Source: Octopus sinensis
Taxonomy: Eukaryota
Assembly (NCBI RefSeq): GCF_006345805.1
Contig: NC_042998.1
Coordinates: 204,724,001 to 204,788,000, forward strand
Direction: 5' to 3'
DNA: 64,000 bases
Each line of letters starts with the position of its first letter. Position 1 is the first letter of the stretch. Of the stretch, positions 1 to 11,442 are shown one piece after another. A program made the position numbers and the translations under genes. Under the pieces are notes generated by a model. That model was not told where the DNA came from. It ran no database searches and saw only the letters and a list, made by a program, of their open reading frames with translations.

Positions 1-512
1 AGTTACGCACTGGGGTCAATGTAATCGACTTTATCCCTTTGTTTGTCCCCTCTGTGTTTAACCCCTTGTGGGCAATAAGGAAATAAGAATAAGTACCTGG
101 AATTAAAAAAAAGAAGTCTTGGGTGGGGGTTGATTTGTTTGACTAAAATTCTTCGAGGTGGTGCCCCAGCATGGCCAGAGTCTAATGACTGAAACAAGTA
201 AAAGAATAAGCCACTCAGTTTACCTACATATAACCAGGAACCTGACCTTAACAAAGAAGCACTTTTCTTGCCATATTTCTGTTGGTAGAGACTCTGTTTA
301 TTTCAGTTAGTTTAGAAAATGATGAAGCTTTTAATAAAATAACTGTCATAATTAAACTGGCATTTGGAACATTAATTAATGGGGAATTTTTATTAAAACA
401 GGAAGCTTGTATTATCGGAGCAAGGCCAGTCTGAAACCGGTTGACATCAAAATGGTTAAATGATTGTCTAAAAATGAAGAACTTCACTATAAAGAAATAT
501 TGGCTATTACAT

Positions 513-817
513 ATATTGTTTGTTCCTTCTTGAGCCATGCCTGGCTCATAAGGGCCAATTTTCCCGGTTTCCTTGGTGTATAGGTTCCCCACCTGGATGG
601 GACGCCGGTCCATCACAGGTGAGCTGCAAGATGCAGGAGGAAAGAGCGAGAGAAAGTTGTGGCAAAAGAGTCAGCAGAAGTTCACCATTACCTTCTGCCA
701 GAGTTGTGTGGAGCTTAGGTGTTTCGCTCATGAACACACTACATTGCTCAGTCTGAGATTCGAACCCACGATCCCTCGACTGCAAATTCGCTGCTCTGAC
801 CACTAGGCCATGTGCCT
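513..817 (-). mobile_element. tRNA-derived SINE family C (others 22625-22910, 24478-24686)
   Basis: TGGCCTAGTGG A box, GGTTCGAATCTC B box, shared body CACCTAAGCTCCA...GGAAACCGGGAAA. Confidence 0.75.
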
Positions 818-856
818 CCCCATTATAACTATTAATTGAAGGTAAACATATTTATA

Positions 857-1258
857 GGTGCAGGAGTGGCTGTGTGGTAAGTAGCTTGCTAACCAACCAC
901 ATGGTTGCGGGTTCAGTCCCACTGCGTGGCATCTTGGGAAAGTGTCTTCTGCTATAGCCCCGGGTCGACCAATGCCTTGTGAGTGGATTTGGTTGACGGA
1001 AACTGAAAGAAGCCTGTCGTATATATGTATATATATATGTATGTTTGTGTGTCTGTGCTTGTCCCCCTAGCATTGCTTGACAACCGATGCTGGTGTGTTT
1101 ATGTCCCCATCACTTAGCAGTTCGGCAAAAAGAGACCGATAGAATAAGTACTAGGCTTACAAAGAATAAGTCCCGGGGTCGATTTGCTCAACTAAAGGCA
1201 GTGCTCCAGCATGGTCGCAGTCAAATGATAGAAACAAGTGAAAGAGTGAAAGTGAAAG
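857..1258 (+). mobile_element. tRNA-derived SINE family A, full copy (others about 3570-3753, 10740-10960, 12345-12725, 21450-21612, 53340-53645, 54200-54350, 59588-59960)
   Basis: A box TGGCTGTGTGG, B box GGTTCAGTCC, shared body CCTTGGGCAAGTGTCTTCT and GAAACAAGTAAAAGAG tail. Confidence 0.8.
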
Positions 1259-1694
1259 AGATATTCAACCAGATTATCACCTGTCTGTGTGTGTTATCTT
1301 CATCATATAATGTCTCTCTCCTATGTCAGCATGTGTTGGCTGGTTTAACAGGATTCAATAAGTCTGAGGACAGTATTAAGCTTCAATTGTTCTGGCTTTC
1401 TACAACTGGATGCCTTTCCTAATGCCAACCACTTTACAGAATGTACTGGGTTTTTTTTTTTTATGTGGCACCAGCACTAGTGAAGTGACCGAGCAATTTG
1501 CAAGACAACCCTCCAAATGAGTGAGGGAAGTGAGTTTGTGCCAAGTGTTGAGAGGTTATGACAATGGCAGGGGGACAAGGATCTTGATAGAGAGGAGATT
1601 CATAACTACCCAGTAATAGATATGGGTGGGTGGAAGTAACTGGAAAGAAGGTGGTCTGCTGGATGTGTAATGTCAGTGTGCACACACGACAGAG

Positions 1695-2378
1695 TGTAAG
1701 CGCCCTGGGAGAAATGCTGGACTTAAGATGCGGATTGCAAGAGAGACGTTAGCATTGGTATGGTCATGTACTACGGATGGATGAGGAGAGCTGTGTGAAG
1801 AAGTGCCACTCCCAAACTGTTGAAGGAATCCAGAGTAGAGGGAGACCGAGGAAGACACGGGATAAGGTGGTGAAGCATGACCTTCGAACGCTGGGCCTCA
1901 CAGAGGCAATGATAAAAGACCGAGAACCTCTGAGGGTATGCTGTGACTGAGAAGACCCGGCAAATAAAGTGAGTCCACAGCTGTAACCTGCACCAGTGTC
2001 GCATAACCAGCCCACTTAAAAGTACCTCGGATCGTAGGGTGACATGCCGTGCTTGAGGAGACCTACTGAGTTAGGTACATCAACATCAGCAATATCAAAA
2101 TGAAATCAAATGGAAATTGTAGTTGTGAGGCCCATGCCAGGAGCACATAAAAAGCAACATCCGAACATGGCCAAATTCAGTGCCACTTTAACTGCCTTCC
2201 ATGCTGGTGGCATGTAAAAAGCACCATTCAATCGTGGTCGATGCCAGCTCCTCTGGCCCTTTGCGCCAGTGACATGTAGAAAGCACCCACTACACACTTG
2301 TAGTGGTTGGCATTAGGAAGGGCATCCAGCTGTAGAAACCTTGCCAGCATGGAAAAAGGACATTTAACGATGATGATG
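1695..2378 (+). mobile_element. RTE LINE 3' fragment
   Basis: RT C-terminal RRLHWYGHV-like sequence plus family 3' UTR and GAT tail. Confidence 0.75.
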
Positions 2379-3753
2379 ATATGAGATGTCTGTCAACAAG
2401 AATGACCATCAATGACAAAAGCAATATTTGTTCAAAATTACAGGTCCATATGGTTTGGCATATCTCATTCCACCCTATTGTCATAATTCAGAGACAAACT
2501 TAGGCAAGGTACCTAATGCTAATAGGGCTCAGGAAGTGGGATCCCTGTGATCTCAAGCACCAGCAAAGGGTTCCAACATGCTTTAACAAAATCTGAGTAG
2601 TACTTCCCAGTGATCTTCCATCCTGCTGGACACCAGCCTGGAATTTCTGAGTGCCCCTGCTGTTGCTAGATAGGGGTTGGACCTACATTGGGTCTTGTTT
2701 TTAGTCCTGCTGGGTTTCTAGCAACCTTCCCCACCAGGCCACGCTAGTGGTGTGGTGCTGGTTTAGTTGCTGCTGGCCCCTGACCATGCAACCAGTTCTA
2801 CTGGATTCCATGTCACCAACAGAACTCCTGACAGACCTCACAAATGACTTGACATACACACACACATATCTTTCTCTGCGTATGTATATATGTGTATATA
2901 TATATACATATATCATCATCATCATCATTTAACGTCCGCTTCCCATGCTAGCATGGGTTGGACGATTTGACTGTGGGCTGGCAAGCCAGATGGCTGCACC
3001 AGACTCCAAACTAATCTGGCAAAGTTTCTACAGCTGGATGCCCTTCCTAACACCAACCATTCTGTGAGTGTAGTGGGTGCACAAGGGCCAGTTTGGTGGT
3101 ACTGGCAACGACCACGCCCAAATGGTGCTTTTACGTGCCACCTGCACAGGAGCCACTCCAGCGGTACTGGTGACGACCTCACTCGAATGTTTCACATGCC
3201 ACCAGTACAAGTGCTAGTAAGGTGACGCAGGTAACGATCACACTCGAATGGTGTGCTTAATGTGCCATCGGCACAAAGGCCAGCTTGTTGCTCTGGCAAC
3301 GATCTCACTCGTATGGTACTCTTAGCGCTCCACTAGCAGCGGATGCCAGTCACCGAGTTTGATTTCACTTTGAAATCAAACTCGGTGAAGTGAAATCGAA
3401 GTCGAAATCAATATATATATATATGCTGTGGTTACATTAATGCTATTCTTGAGCATGGTCCTATGTTAATTCTCTCTAATGGCAGCAGGAAACTAATGTT
3501 TTGAGGGGAGGGGTGAGTAGATTACATCAACCACCTGAAGGATGACAAACAAAATTGACCTCACCAGTAGGCGCAGGAGTGGCTGTGTGGTAAGTAGCTT
3601 GCTAACAAACCACATGGTTCTGGGTTCAGTCCCACTGCGTGGCACCTTGGGCAAGTGTCTTCTGCTATAGCCTCGGGCCGACCAATGCCTTGTGAGTGGA
3701 TTTGGTAGACGGAAACTGAAAGAAGCCCGACGTATATATGTATATATATATAT

Positions 3754-6700
3754 ACTAGTAGTATCGCCCGGCGTTGCTAGGGTTTGTTTCGACCCTTTAG
3801 AATTGGAATTTTTGAAAAGTAAAAATTGTGCATTATGTAGCTTGTTATTCTCTTTAAGTGAACATTTTTCTGGTTGAAATACACCGAAAAATGGCGACAC
3901 AGCAGTAAAAAAATCGTCAAAAATAGGGATTTTCATAGAAAAAAAGCATCTTTTTGATGTAAATAATTATTGGTGTTAACATGGTCCGATTTGAATTTTT
4001 TCTTCTATGGAAGGAAGAGCAAGCCGTCTTCTATCATACTCTCAATTTTGGTCAACTTGTGCCGCAGGGTCTCGGAGGAGAGAGTGTTAGTTGAAGGCTA
4101 CCAAACCTGCCATACACAGACAACTTCAGCTTTATATATATACTAGCAGTATCGCCCGGCGTTGCTCAGGTTTGTAAGGGAAATAACTATAAAGCATTTT
4201 TAGAGTTATAGCCAAAAAATAGAAAAAAAATGATGGTAAATTTTTTTTTGAGAGTAAAAAAAGGTCGAGTTGCGTCCCCTAGACAGTCTGTGGTTTGTGT
4301 TTCTCATTCTCGACCCCATGTCGAATTTATCGATTTTTTTCAGAACTGGGGGAACTTTTCAAAATTTTCGCTGCGTTAGTTTTGAATTATGACATTGGGC
4401 TATGTGTGTGTCAAGTTTCATCAGAATCGGTTGAAAGCAGTGGTCAGGGTGAGGGTACAACCAAACACACACAGAAACACACACAGACAAACTGCCGTTT
4501 ATATCGCCCGGCGTTGCTCGGGTTTGTAAGGGAAATAACTATATAAGCATTTTTAGAGAGTTACTTCCCTTATAGATGCCAATTCGGGCTTTCTTAGCCA
4601 TTTCTGTTTTGGTGTCTTCAAGCCATGAAGTCGTTGTTCTAAAAGAACGCTGGTCTCCTTGACAACGCATTACGACGTTGATTTCCTTACACTCCCTTCC
4701 CCACAGCTTCACGAGGGAGGGAAGAAGGAGGAGAAGCAAACAGGTGCAGGTGTGACCATGGACGCCAACTCCGCCGCCATCGCACACGAAAAATTATGCA
4801 TTAAAATGGAATAAAAAATGATGTTAAATTATTTTTTAAATCGTAGACTCATCGTAGACGCGCGCTAATAGTCAGACGGGCTCGATATGAATCACGACTA
4901 TAAGATACCCGAATTTGGTTAAACTGCACCGCAAAATGTGGGAGTAGTTAGGAATCTAAATCGAAGGGGACAGACACTCACACAACTACAGTTTTATATA
5001 TATACTAGCAGTATCGCCCGGCGTTGCTCGGGTTTGTAAGGGAAATAACTATATAAGCATTTTTAGAGAGTTACTTCCTTTAGAGATGCCAATTCGGGCT
5101 TTCTTAGCCATTCCTGTTTTGGTGTCTTCAAGCCATGAAGTCGTCGTTCTAAAAGAACGCTGGTCTCCTTGACAACGCTTTACGACGTTGATTTCCTTAC
5201 CTCCCTTCCCCATAGCTTCACGTGGGAGGGAAGAAGGGGGAGAAGCAAACAGGTGCAGGTGTGAGTGTGGACGCCAACTCCGCCGCCATCGACACACGAA
5301 AAATTATGCATTAAAATGGAATAAAAAATGATGTTAAATTATTTTTAAAATCGTAGACTCATCGTAGACGCGCGCTAATAGCCAGACCGGCTTGATATTA
5401 ATCACGACTATAAGATACCCGAATTTGGTTAAACTGCACCGCAAAATGTGGGAGGAGTTAGGAATCTAAATCGTAGGAGACAGAGACTCACACAACTACA
5501 GTTTTATATATAGATATATATATATACTAGCAGTATCGCCCGGCGTTGCTCGGGTTTGTAAGGGAAATAACTATATAAGCATTTTTAGAGAGTTACTTCC
5601 CTTATAGATGCCAATTCGGGCTTTCTTAGCCATTTCTGTTTTGGTGTCTTCAAGCCATGAAGTCGTCGTTCTAAAAGAACGCTGGTCTCCTTGACAACGC
5701 TTTACGACGTTGATTTCCTTACCTCCCTTCCCCATAGCTTCACGTGGGAGGGAAGAAGGGGGAGAAGCAAACAGGTGCAGGTGTGAGTGTGGACGCCAAC
5801 TCCGCCGCCATCGACACACGAAAAATTATGCATTAAAATGGAATAAAAAATGACGTTAAATTATTTTTAAAATCGTAGACTCATCGTAGACGCGCGCTAA
5901 TAGCCAGACGGGCTCGATATTAATCACGACTATAAGATACCCGAATTTGGTTAAACTGCACCGCAAAATGTGGGAGTAGTTAGGAATCTAAATCGTAGGA
6001 GACAGACACTCACACAACTACAGTTTTATATATATAGATATATATATATACTAGCAGTATCGCCCGGCGTTGCTCGGGTTTGTAAGGGAAATAACTATAT
6101 AAGCATTTTTAGAGAGTTACTTCCCTTATAGATGCCAATTCGGGCTTTCTTAGCCATTTCTGTTTTGGTGTCTTCAAGCCATGAAGTCGTTGTTCTAAAA
6201 GAATGCTGGTCTCCTTGACAACGCTTTACAACGTTGATTTCCTTACACTCCCTTCCCCACAGGTGCAGGTGTGAGTGTGGACGCCAAGTCCGCCGCCATC
6301 GACACACGAAAAATTATGCATTAAAATGGAATAAAAAATGATGTTAAATTATTTTTAAAATCGTAGACTCATCGTAGACGCGCGCTAATAGCCAGACGGG
6401 CTAGATATTAATCACGACTATAAGATACCCGAATTTGGTTAAACTGCACCGCAAAATGTGGGAGGAGTTAGGAATCTAAATCGAAGGGGACAGACACTCA
6501 CACAACTAGAGTTTTATATATATAGACTAGCAGTATTGCCCGGCGTTGCTCGGGTTTGTAAGGGAAATAACTATATAAGTATTTTTAGAGAGTTATAGCA
6601 AAAAAATGCATTAAAAATGGAATAAAAAATGATGATAATTTTTTTTTTAAATCGTTGACTCAGTGTCTTCAAGCCATGAAGTCGTTGTTCTAAAAGAACG

Positions 6701-7061
6701 CTGGTTTCCTTAACAATGCATTACGACGTTGATTTCTTTACACTCCCTTCCCCACAGCTTCACGAGGGAGGGAAGGGGGAGAAGCAAACAGGTGCAGCTG
6801 TGAGCGTGGACGCCAACTCCGCCGCCATCGACATACGATGCATTTTATGCATTAAAATGGAATAAAAAATGATGTTAAATTATTTTTTAAATCGTAGACT
6901 CATCGTTGACGCGCGCTAATAGTCAGACGGGCTCGATATGACTCACGACTATAAGATACCCGAATTTGGTTAAACTGCACCGCAAAATGTGGGAGGAGTT
7001 AGGAATCTAAATCGAAGGGGACAGACACTCACACAACTACAGTTTTATATATATAGATATA
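3754..7061 (+). mobile_element. tandem array of 7 non-autonomous Helitron-like (Lep1/HINE-type) elements
   Basis: units start ACTAG(C/T)AGTATCGCCCGGCGTTGCT at 3754, 4142, (4502 truncated), 5004, 5526, 6050, 6526 and end GACAGACA...TTTTATATATA; units 3-6 nearly identical, about 480-525 bp. Confidence 0.75.
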
Positions 7062-7381
7062 TGTCGTCTGGGTTCTTCCAATTCTTCGTGTGTCGGCGTC
7101 CATGCTCGCACCTGCACCTGTGTTGCTCCTCCCCTTCTTTCCCTCCCTCGTGATGCTGTGGAGAAGGGGAGGGCAGGGAAAACACACGTCGTAAGCGTTG
7201 CCAAGGAGACCACCGTTCTTCTCGAAGAACGACTTCATGGCTTTGAAGTGGCCATGCTCAAAGCAGAGAATGGCGAGGAAAGCCGAAGAGGAATTTAGAA
7301 AATGGGGAAACACGCCACACAAAGGCAGGTTTCCCGTGCAAAGAATTGGCACAACCGAATGTATTTATTGGTTGTTGCGCA
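7062..7381. repeat. direct repeat copy A (about 320 bp)
   Basis: near-identical to 8326-8652; reverse-complement homologue of the internal segment of the Helitron-like units. Confidence 0.8.
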
Positions 7382-7464
7382 ATAGACGCCATTGATTGGT
7401 TGAAATTGCAGAAGAAAAAACAGCAAATATCTTAGAAACTCTAGAATTTTCTGAATAAAGCCAA

Positions 7465-8290
7465 GGTGGTGGTTGTGATGGTTGTGGTGGTGGTGGTGGT
7501 GGTGGTGGTGGTGGTTGTAGTGGTGGAGTTGGTGATGATGGTGATGGTGGTGGTGGTGGTGGTGAAGTTGGTGGTGATGGTGGTGGTGGTGGTGGTGGTG
7601 GTGGAGTTGGTGATGGTGGTGGTGGTGTGGTGGTGGCGGCGGTTGTGATGGTGGTGGTGGTGGAGTTGGTGGTGGTGGTGGTGGTGGAGGTGGTGGCGGT
7701 GGTGGTGGTGATGGTGGTGGTGGTGGTGATGGTGGTGGTGGTGGTGATGGTGGTGATGGTGGTGGCGGCGATGGTGTTGGTGATGGTGGTGTTGGTGGTG
7801 GTGGTGGTGGTGGTGATGGTGGTGGCGGCGGGCGGATGGCGGTGGTGGTGGTGGTGGTGGTGATGGTGGTGGTGGAGTTGGTGGTGGTGGTGGTGGTTGT
7901 AGTGGTGGAGTTGGTGGTGATGGTGGTGGTGGTGGTGGTGGTTGTGGTTGGTGGTGGTTGTAGTGGTGGAGTGGTGGTGGTGGAAGTGGAGTTTGGTGGT
8001 GGTGGTGGGGGTGGTGGTGGTGTGGTGGTGGTGGTTGGTGTTGTGGTGGGGTGATGGTGGTGGTGGGGATGGTGGTGGTGGTGGTGGTGGTGGTGATGGT
8101 GGTGGTGGAGTTGGTGGTGGTGGTGGGGATGGGGGGTGGTGGTGATGGTGGTGGTGGTGGTGGTGGTGATGGTGGTGGTGGTGGTGGTGGTGGTGATGGT
8201 GGTGGTGGTGATGGTGGTGGTGATGGTGGCGGCGATGGTGGTGGTGGTGGTGGTGGTGGTGGTGGTCGTGGTGGTGGTCGTGGTGGTCGT
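7465..8290. repeat. compound (GGT)n/(GAT) trinucleotide tract
   Basis: about 830 bp of GGT with GAT/GTT/GGC interruptions. Confidence 0.95.
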
Positions 8291-8325
8291 GGCAGAGTTG
8301 TCCGTAGTAGTGGTGACTGTGAAGC

Positions 8326-8652
8326 TGTCGTTTGGGTTCTTCCAATTCTTCGTGTGTCGGCGTCCATGATCGCACCTGCACCTGTCTTGCTCCTCCCCTT
8401 CTTTCCCCCCCTCGTGAAGCTGTGGGGAAGGGGAGGGGAGGGAAAACACACGTCGTAAGCGTTGCCAAGGAGACCACCGTTCTTCTCGAAGAACGACTTC
8501 ATGGCTTTGAAGTCGCCATGCTCAAAGCAGAGAATGGCGAGGAAAGCCGAAGAGGAATTTACAAAATGGGGAAACACGCCACACAAAGGCAGGTTTCCCG
8601 TGCAAAGAATTGGCACAACCGAATGTATTTTGTATTTATTAGTTGTTGCACA
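8326..8652. repeat. direct repeat copy B
   Basis: near-identical to 7062-7381. Confidence 0.8.
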
Positions 8653-8922
8653 ACTTTTACATAAAAAATATTATCCAAACACAAACTTTTGAAGACAATA
8701 TAAAGGCAAACTTACTACTATATAGTAGCCCTTTGGCTGCTATTTCTAAAGTTTTCGGTATGTGGTCAAGCAACTTGTTGCAAAAGCCCTTATTATTATA
8801 ATTATATAAGTTTTTCACCGAATATGGTCTTTTTCCATACCGAAATACTACTAGGTGAAATTTGTTGATTTTATTAAATTAATTATATTTCACCCTATAT
8901 CTGTAATGATATATATATTTAA

Positions 8923-8954
<32 letters not shown>

Positions 8955-9223
8955 TTAATAAGGGTGAGAGAATTAGATACTAATTTAATAGTATATCTAT
9001 TCAACACCAAGTGGCCTAGTGCTCCGAGAAACCTGGATTATTATAATATTTTATAATATATTATAATATTTTTACAAAATAAATATAAGAGAGTGGTCAC
9101 TATATGGCTCACTCTAGCACCAGTTAATCCAAAAGGTTTCAACCACAAAAATACATGTTTCCCATGAAAGTCAGTACGATTGTTAGCTCACACGGACAGG
9201 GCAAATAAAAAATAACAAAAATA

Positions 9224-9319
9224 CAGATTATTTTGGGACAATTGTTTCGCTATTAGTGAATTAAATGTAATTTTACTTACAAAAAAATCCACTTGTAGCT
9301 CGTCAGCCAAAACTATCTG
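9224..9319 (-). ncRNA. type I hammerhead ribozyme, complete
   Basis: helix I UUUUGG/CCAAAA (extends to about 13 bp), CUGACGA, helix II GCUA/UAGC, GAAAC, helix III palindrome ACAAUUGU, GUC cleavage triplet. Confidence 0.85.
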
Positions 9320-9475
9320 GATGAAATCCACTCAATCACACGCCAGATTTTATATATATATATATATACATATATATAGTTAATCCAAACAGGAAAGCAC
9401 AAAAAAACACAACAACGCGAGGACGTGGAACAAATATAGTATTATTGGACGCTCAGGAAAGAAGGAAAGAAGGAG

Positions 9476-9512
9476 GGCTTAACGTTTCGAGCGGAGCTCT
9501 TCGTCGGAAACA
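9476..9512 (-). ncRNA. minimal hammerhead-like motif with U4C core change
   Basis: GUUU-CCGACGA-A-GAGC ucc GCUC-GAAAC-GUU-AAGC. Confidence 0.5.
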
Positions 9513-9615
9513 TAGGAGAAGGAAAGATCCAGAGAAAGGAAGACAGAGGGAAAAAATCGCCAACGGTACACCCGAGGTCACATTTTGATATATATATATA
9601 TATATATATACACAA

Positions 9616-9714
<99 letters not shown>

Positions 9715-10119
9715 ATATAGATATATATTCAAAGATGCGTATGAATATCAGAAGAAATATATATATATATACATACACACACACATACATATATATTATA
9801 CTCACACACACACATTTTTCCATGCATACATACATGTGTGTGTTTAATGCAACTTTGTATACATGAACAACTGACGTAAGCTGCATGTAATATGAAAGCC
9901 TGCACATGCTCCCCCCGCTATATATACACACATACGCACACCCCCACATATATGTATACACACACACACACACAGAATTCAACCATCCGTAAACACATAA
10001 GGAAATAATCCCAATCTAGTCCTTTCCCTCTAGGGAACGAAGGCGCATGTGTAGGTTGCAATGTCTTCTCTTCACTCCCAAATAACTATCAAACAGCTAT
10101 CGATAATTCAACCCAACCA

Positions 10120-10735
10120 ATTGCGTCCCCTAGAAAGTCTGTGGTTTGTGTTTAATACACAAATCGGTTTGCTATGTGTGCCACATATGATTTAATTAAC
10201 CAATTTTTTCCAGTGATAAAGTAACATATTGGAATAAAAAGGGTCATATATCTCCTTGGACCAGACATAATGCTCGCTGTGAATTAAAAAAAAAAATTCC
10301 TGCCAATTTGTGAAAGATATTGTCGAAAATATGTCATCTTGAATTTGAATACGATTTCCCAAAATGGCATGATTTTATCGATTTTTTCTGATGGTAAGGT
10401 ATTGCATGGAAAACTAACGCCAGAATTAAGTTTCTTAGGGTAACATTAAGCTTCACCATGAGTTTGGTGAAAATCGATTGCAAGTTGCGAAAACTACAAC
10501 AGAAAATGTGTTGCATATAAAAAGCTTAGATTCTCGACCCCATGTCGAATTTATCGATTTTTCTCAGAACTGGGGGAACTTTCCAAATTTTCGCTGCGTT
10601 AGTTTTGAATTATGACATTGGGCTATGTGTGTGTCAAGTTTCATGAGAATCGGTTGAAAGCCGTGGTCAGGGTGAGGGTACAACTTGACACACAGACACA
10701 CAGACAGACAAACTGCCGTTTATATAGAGAGAGAT
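10120..10735 (+). mobile_element. 3' part of the same Helitron-like family (matches unit at 4270-4500)
   Basis: shares TTGCGTCCCCTAG...GTCTGTGG and AAGTTTCAT..GAATCGGTTGAAAG...GACAAACTGCCGTTT. Confidence 0.65.
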
Positions 10736-11067
10736 GTGTGTGTGTGTGTTTGTGTGTCTGTGTTTGTCCCCCTAGCATTGCTTGACAACCGATGCTGGCA
10801 TGTTTATATCCCCATCACTTAGCGGTTCGGCAAAAGAGACCGATAGAATAAGTACTGGGCTTACAAAGAATAAGTCCTTGTGTCTAGTTACTCGACTAAA
10901 GGCAGTGCTCCAGCATGGCTGCAGTCAAATGACTGAAACAAGTAAAAGAGTAAAAGAGTATCTGAACTTCGAATGCCAAGAGCTGGAAGAAATGCCACGA
11001 AGCACTTTGTCCCTTGTGCTGACCCTTCTGCCAATTTGTCACCTGAAAAGGGTAAAAGGATAAAGGC

Positions 11068-11390
11068 ACCCTTTGGTCATGAATGGCTGTGGGATTGCCT
11101 CTAGAAAGTTCCCCTCCGAGACCCAAGTCCAAGCAAGGTTATTTTATGGAAGACAAGCAGTGACCCCTGCATACCAGCCTCCCCTCCCTACACCACCGAT
11201 GTTATCCAAGGGAAAAGCAAAGGGGCCAATACAGCTTGGCACCAGTGATGTCACAACTCATTTCTACAGCTGAACGAACTGGAGTGATGGGAAATGAAGT
11301 GTCTTGCTCAAGAACACAACACAGTCCAGTCCAGGAATCGAACTCACTACCTCATGATTGTGAAACCGATGCTCTAACCACTGAACCATC
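11068..11390 (-). mobile_element. tRNA-derived SINE family D
   Basis: TGGTTCAGTGGTTAGAGC A box, GAGTTCGATTCC B box, then TGTTCTTGAGCAAGACACTT. Confidence 0.6.
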
Positions 11391-11405
11391 CACCTTTACA
11401 TCACT

Positions 11406-11442
<37 letters not shown>

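Noticed and set aside
248-616. 122-aa minus-strand ORF
   Set aside because: Start lies in a SINE; the remainder has no recognisable motif; a shorter spliced exon in another frame is more plausible
7295-8616. 370-391 aa poly-His/Pro/Thr ORFs
   Set aside because: Artefacts of the stop-free (GGT)n tract, open in nearly all frames; no splice or homology support
7062-8652. LTR/TRIM interpretation of the TG...CA direct repeats
   Set aside because: No primer-binding site, polypurine tract or target-site duplication visible in either orientation
8813-8860. Hammerhead-like fold (TTTCACC/GGTGAAA, TATGG/CCATA, GAAA)
   Set aside because: Core CUGANGA not recoverable and no valid helix III; too decayed to call
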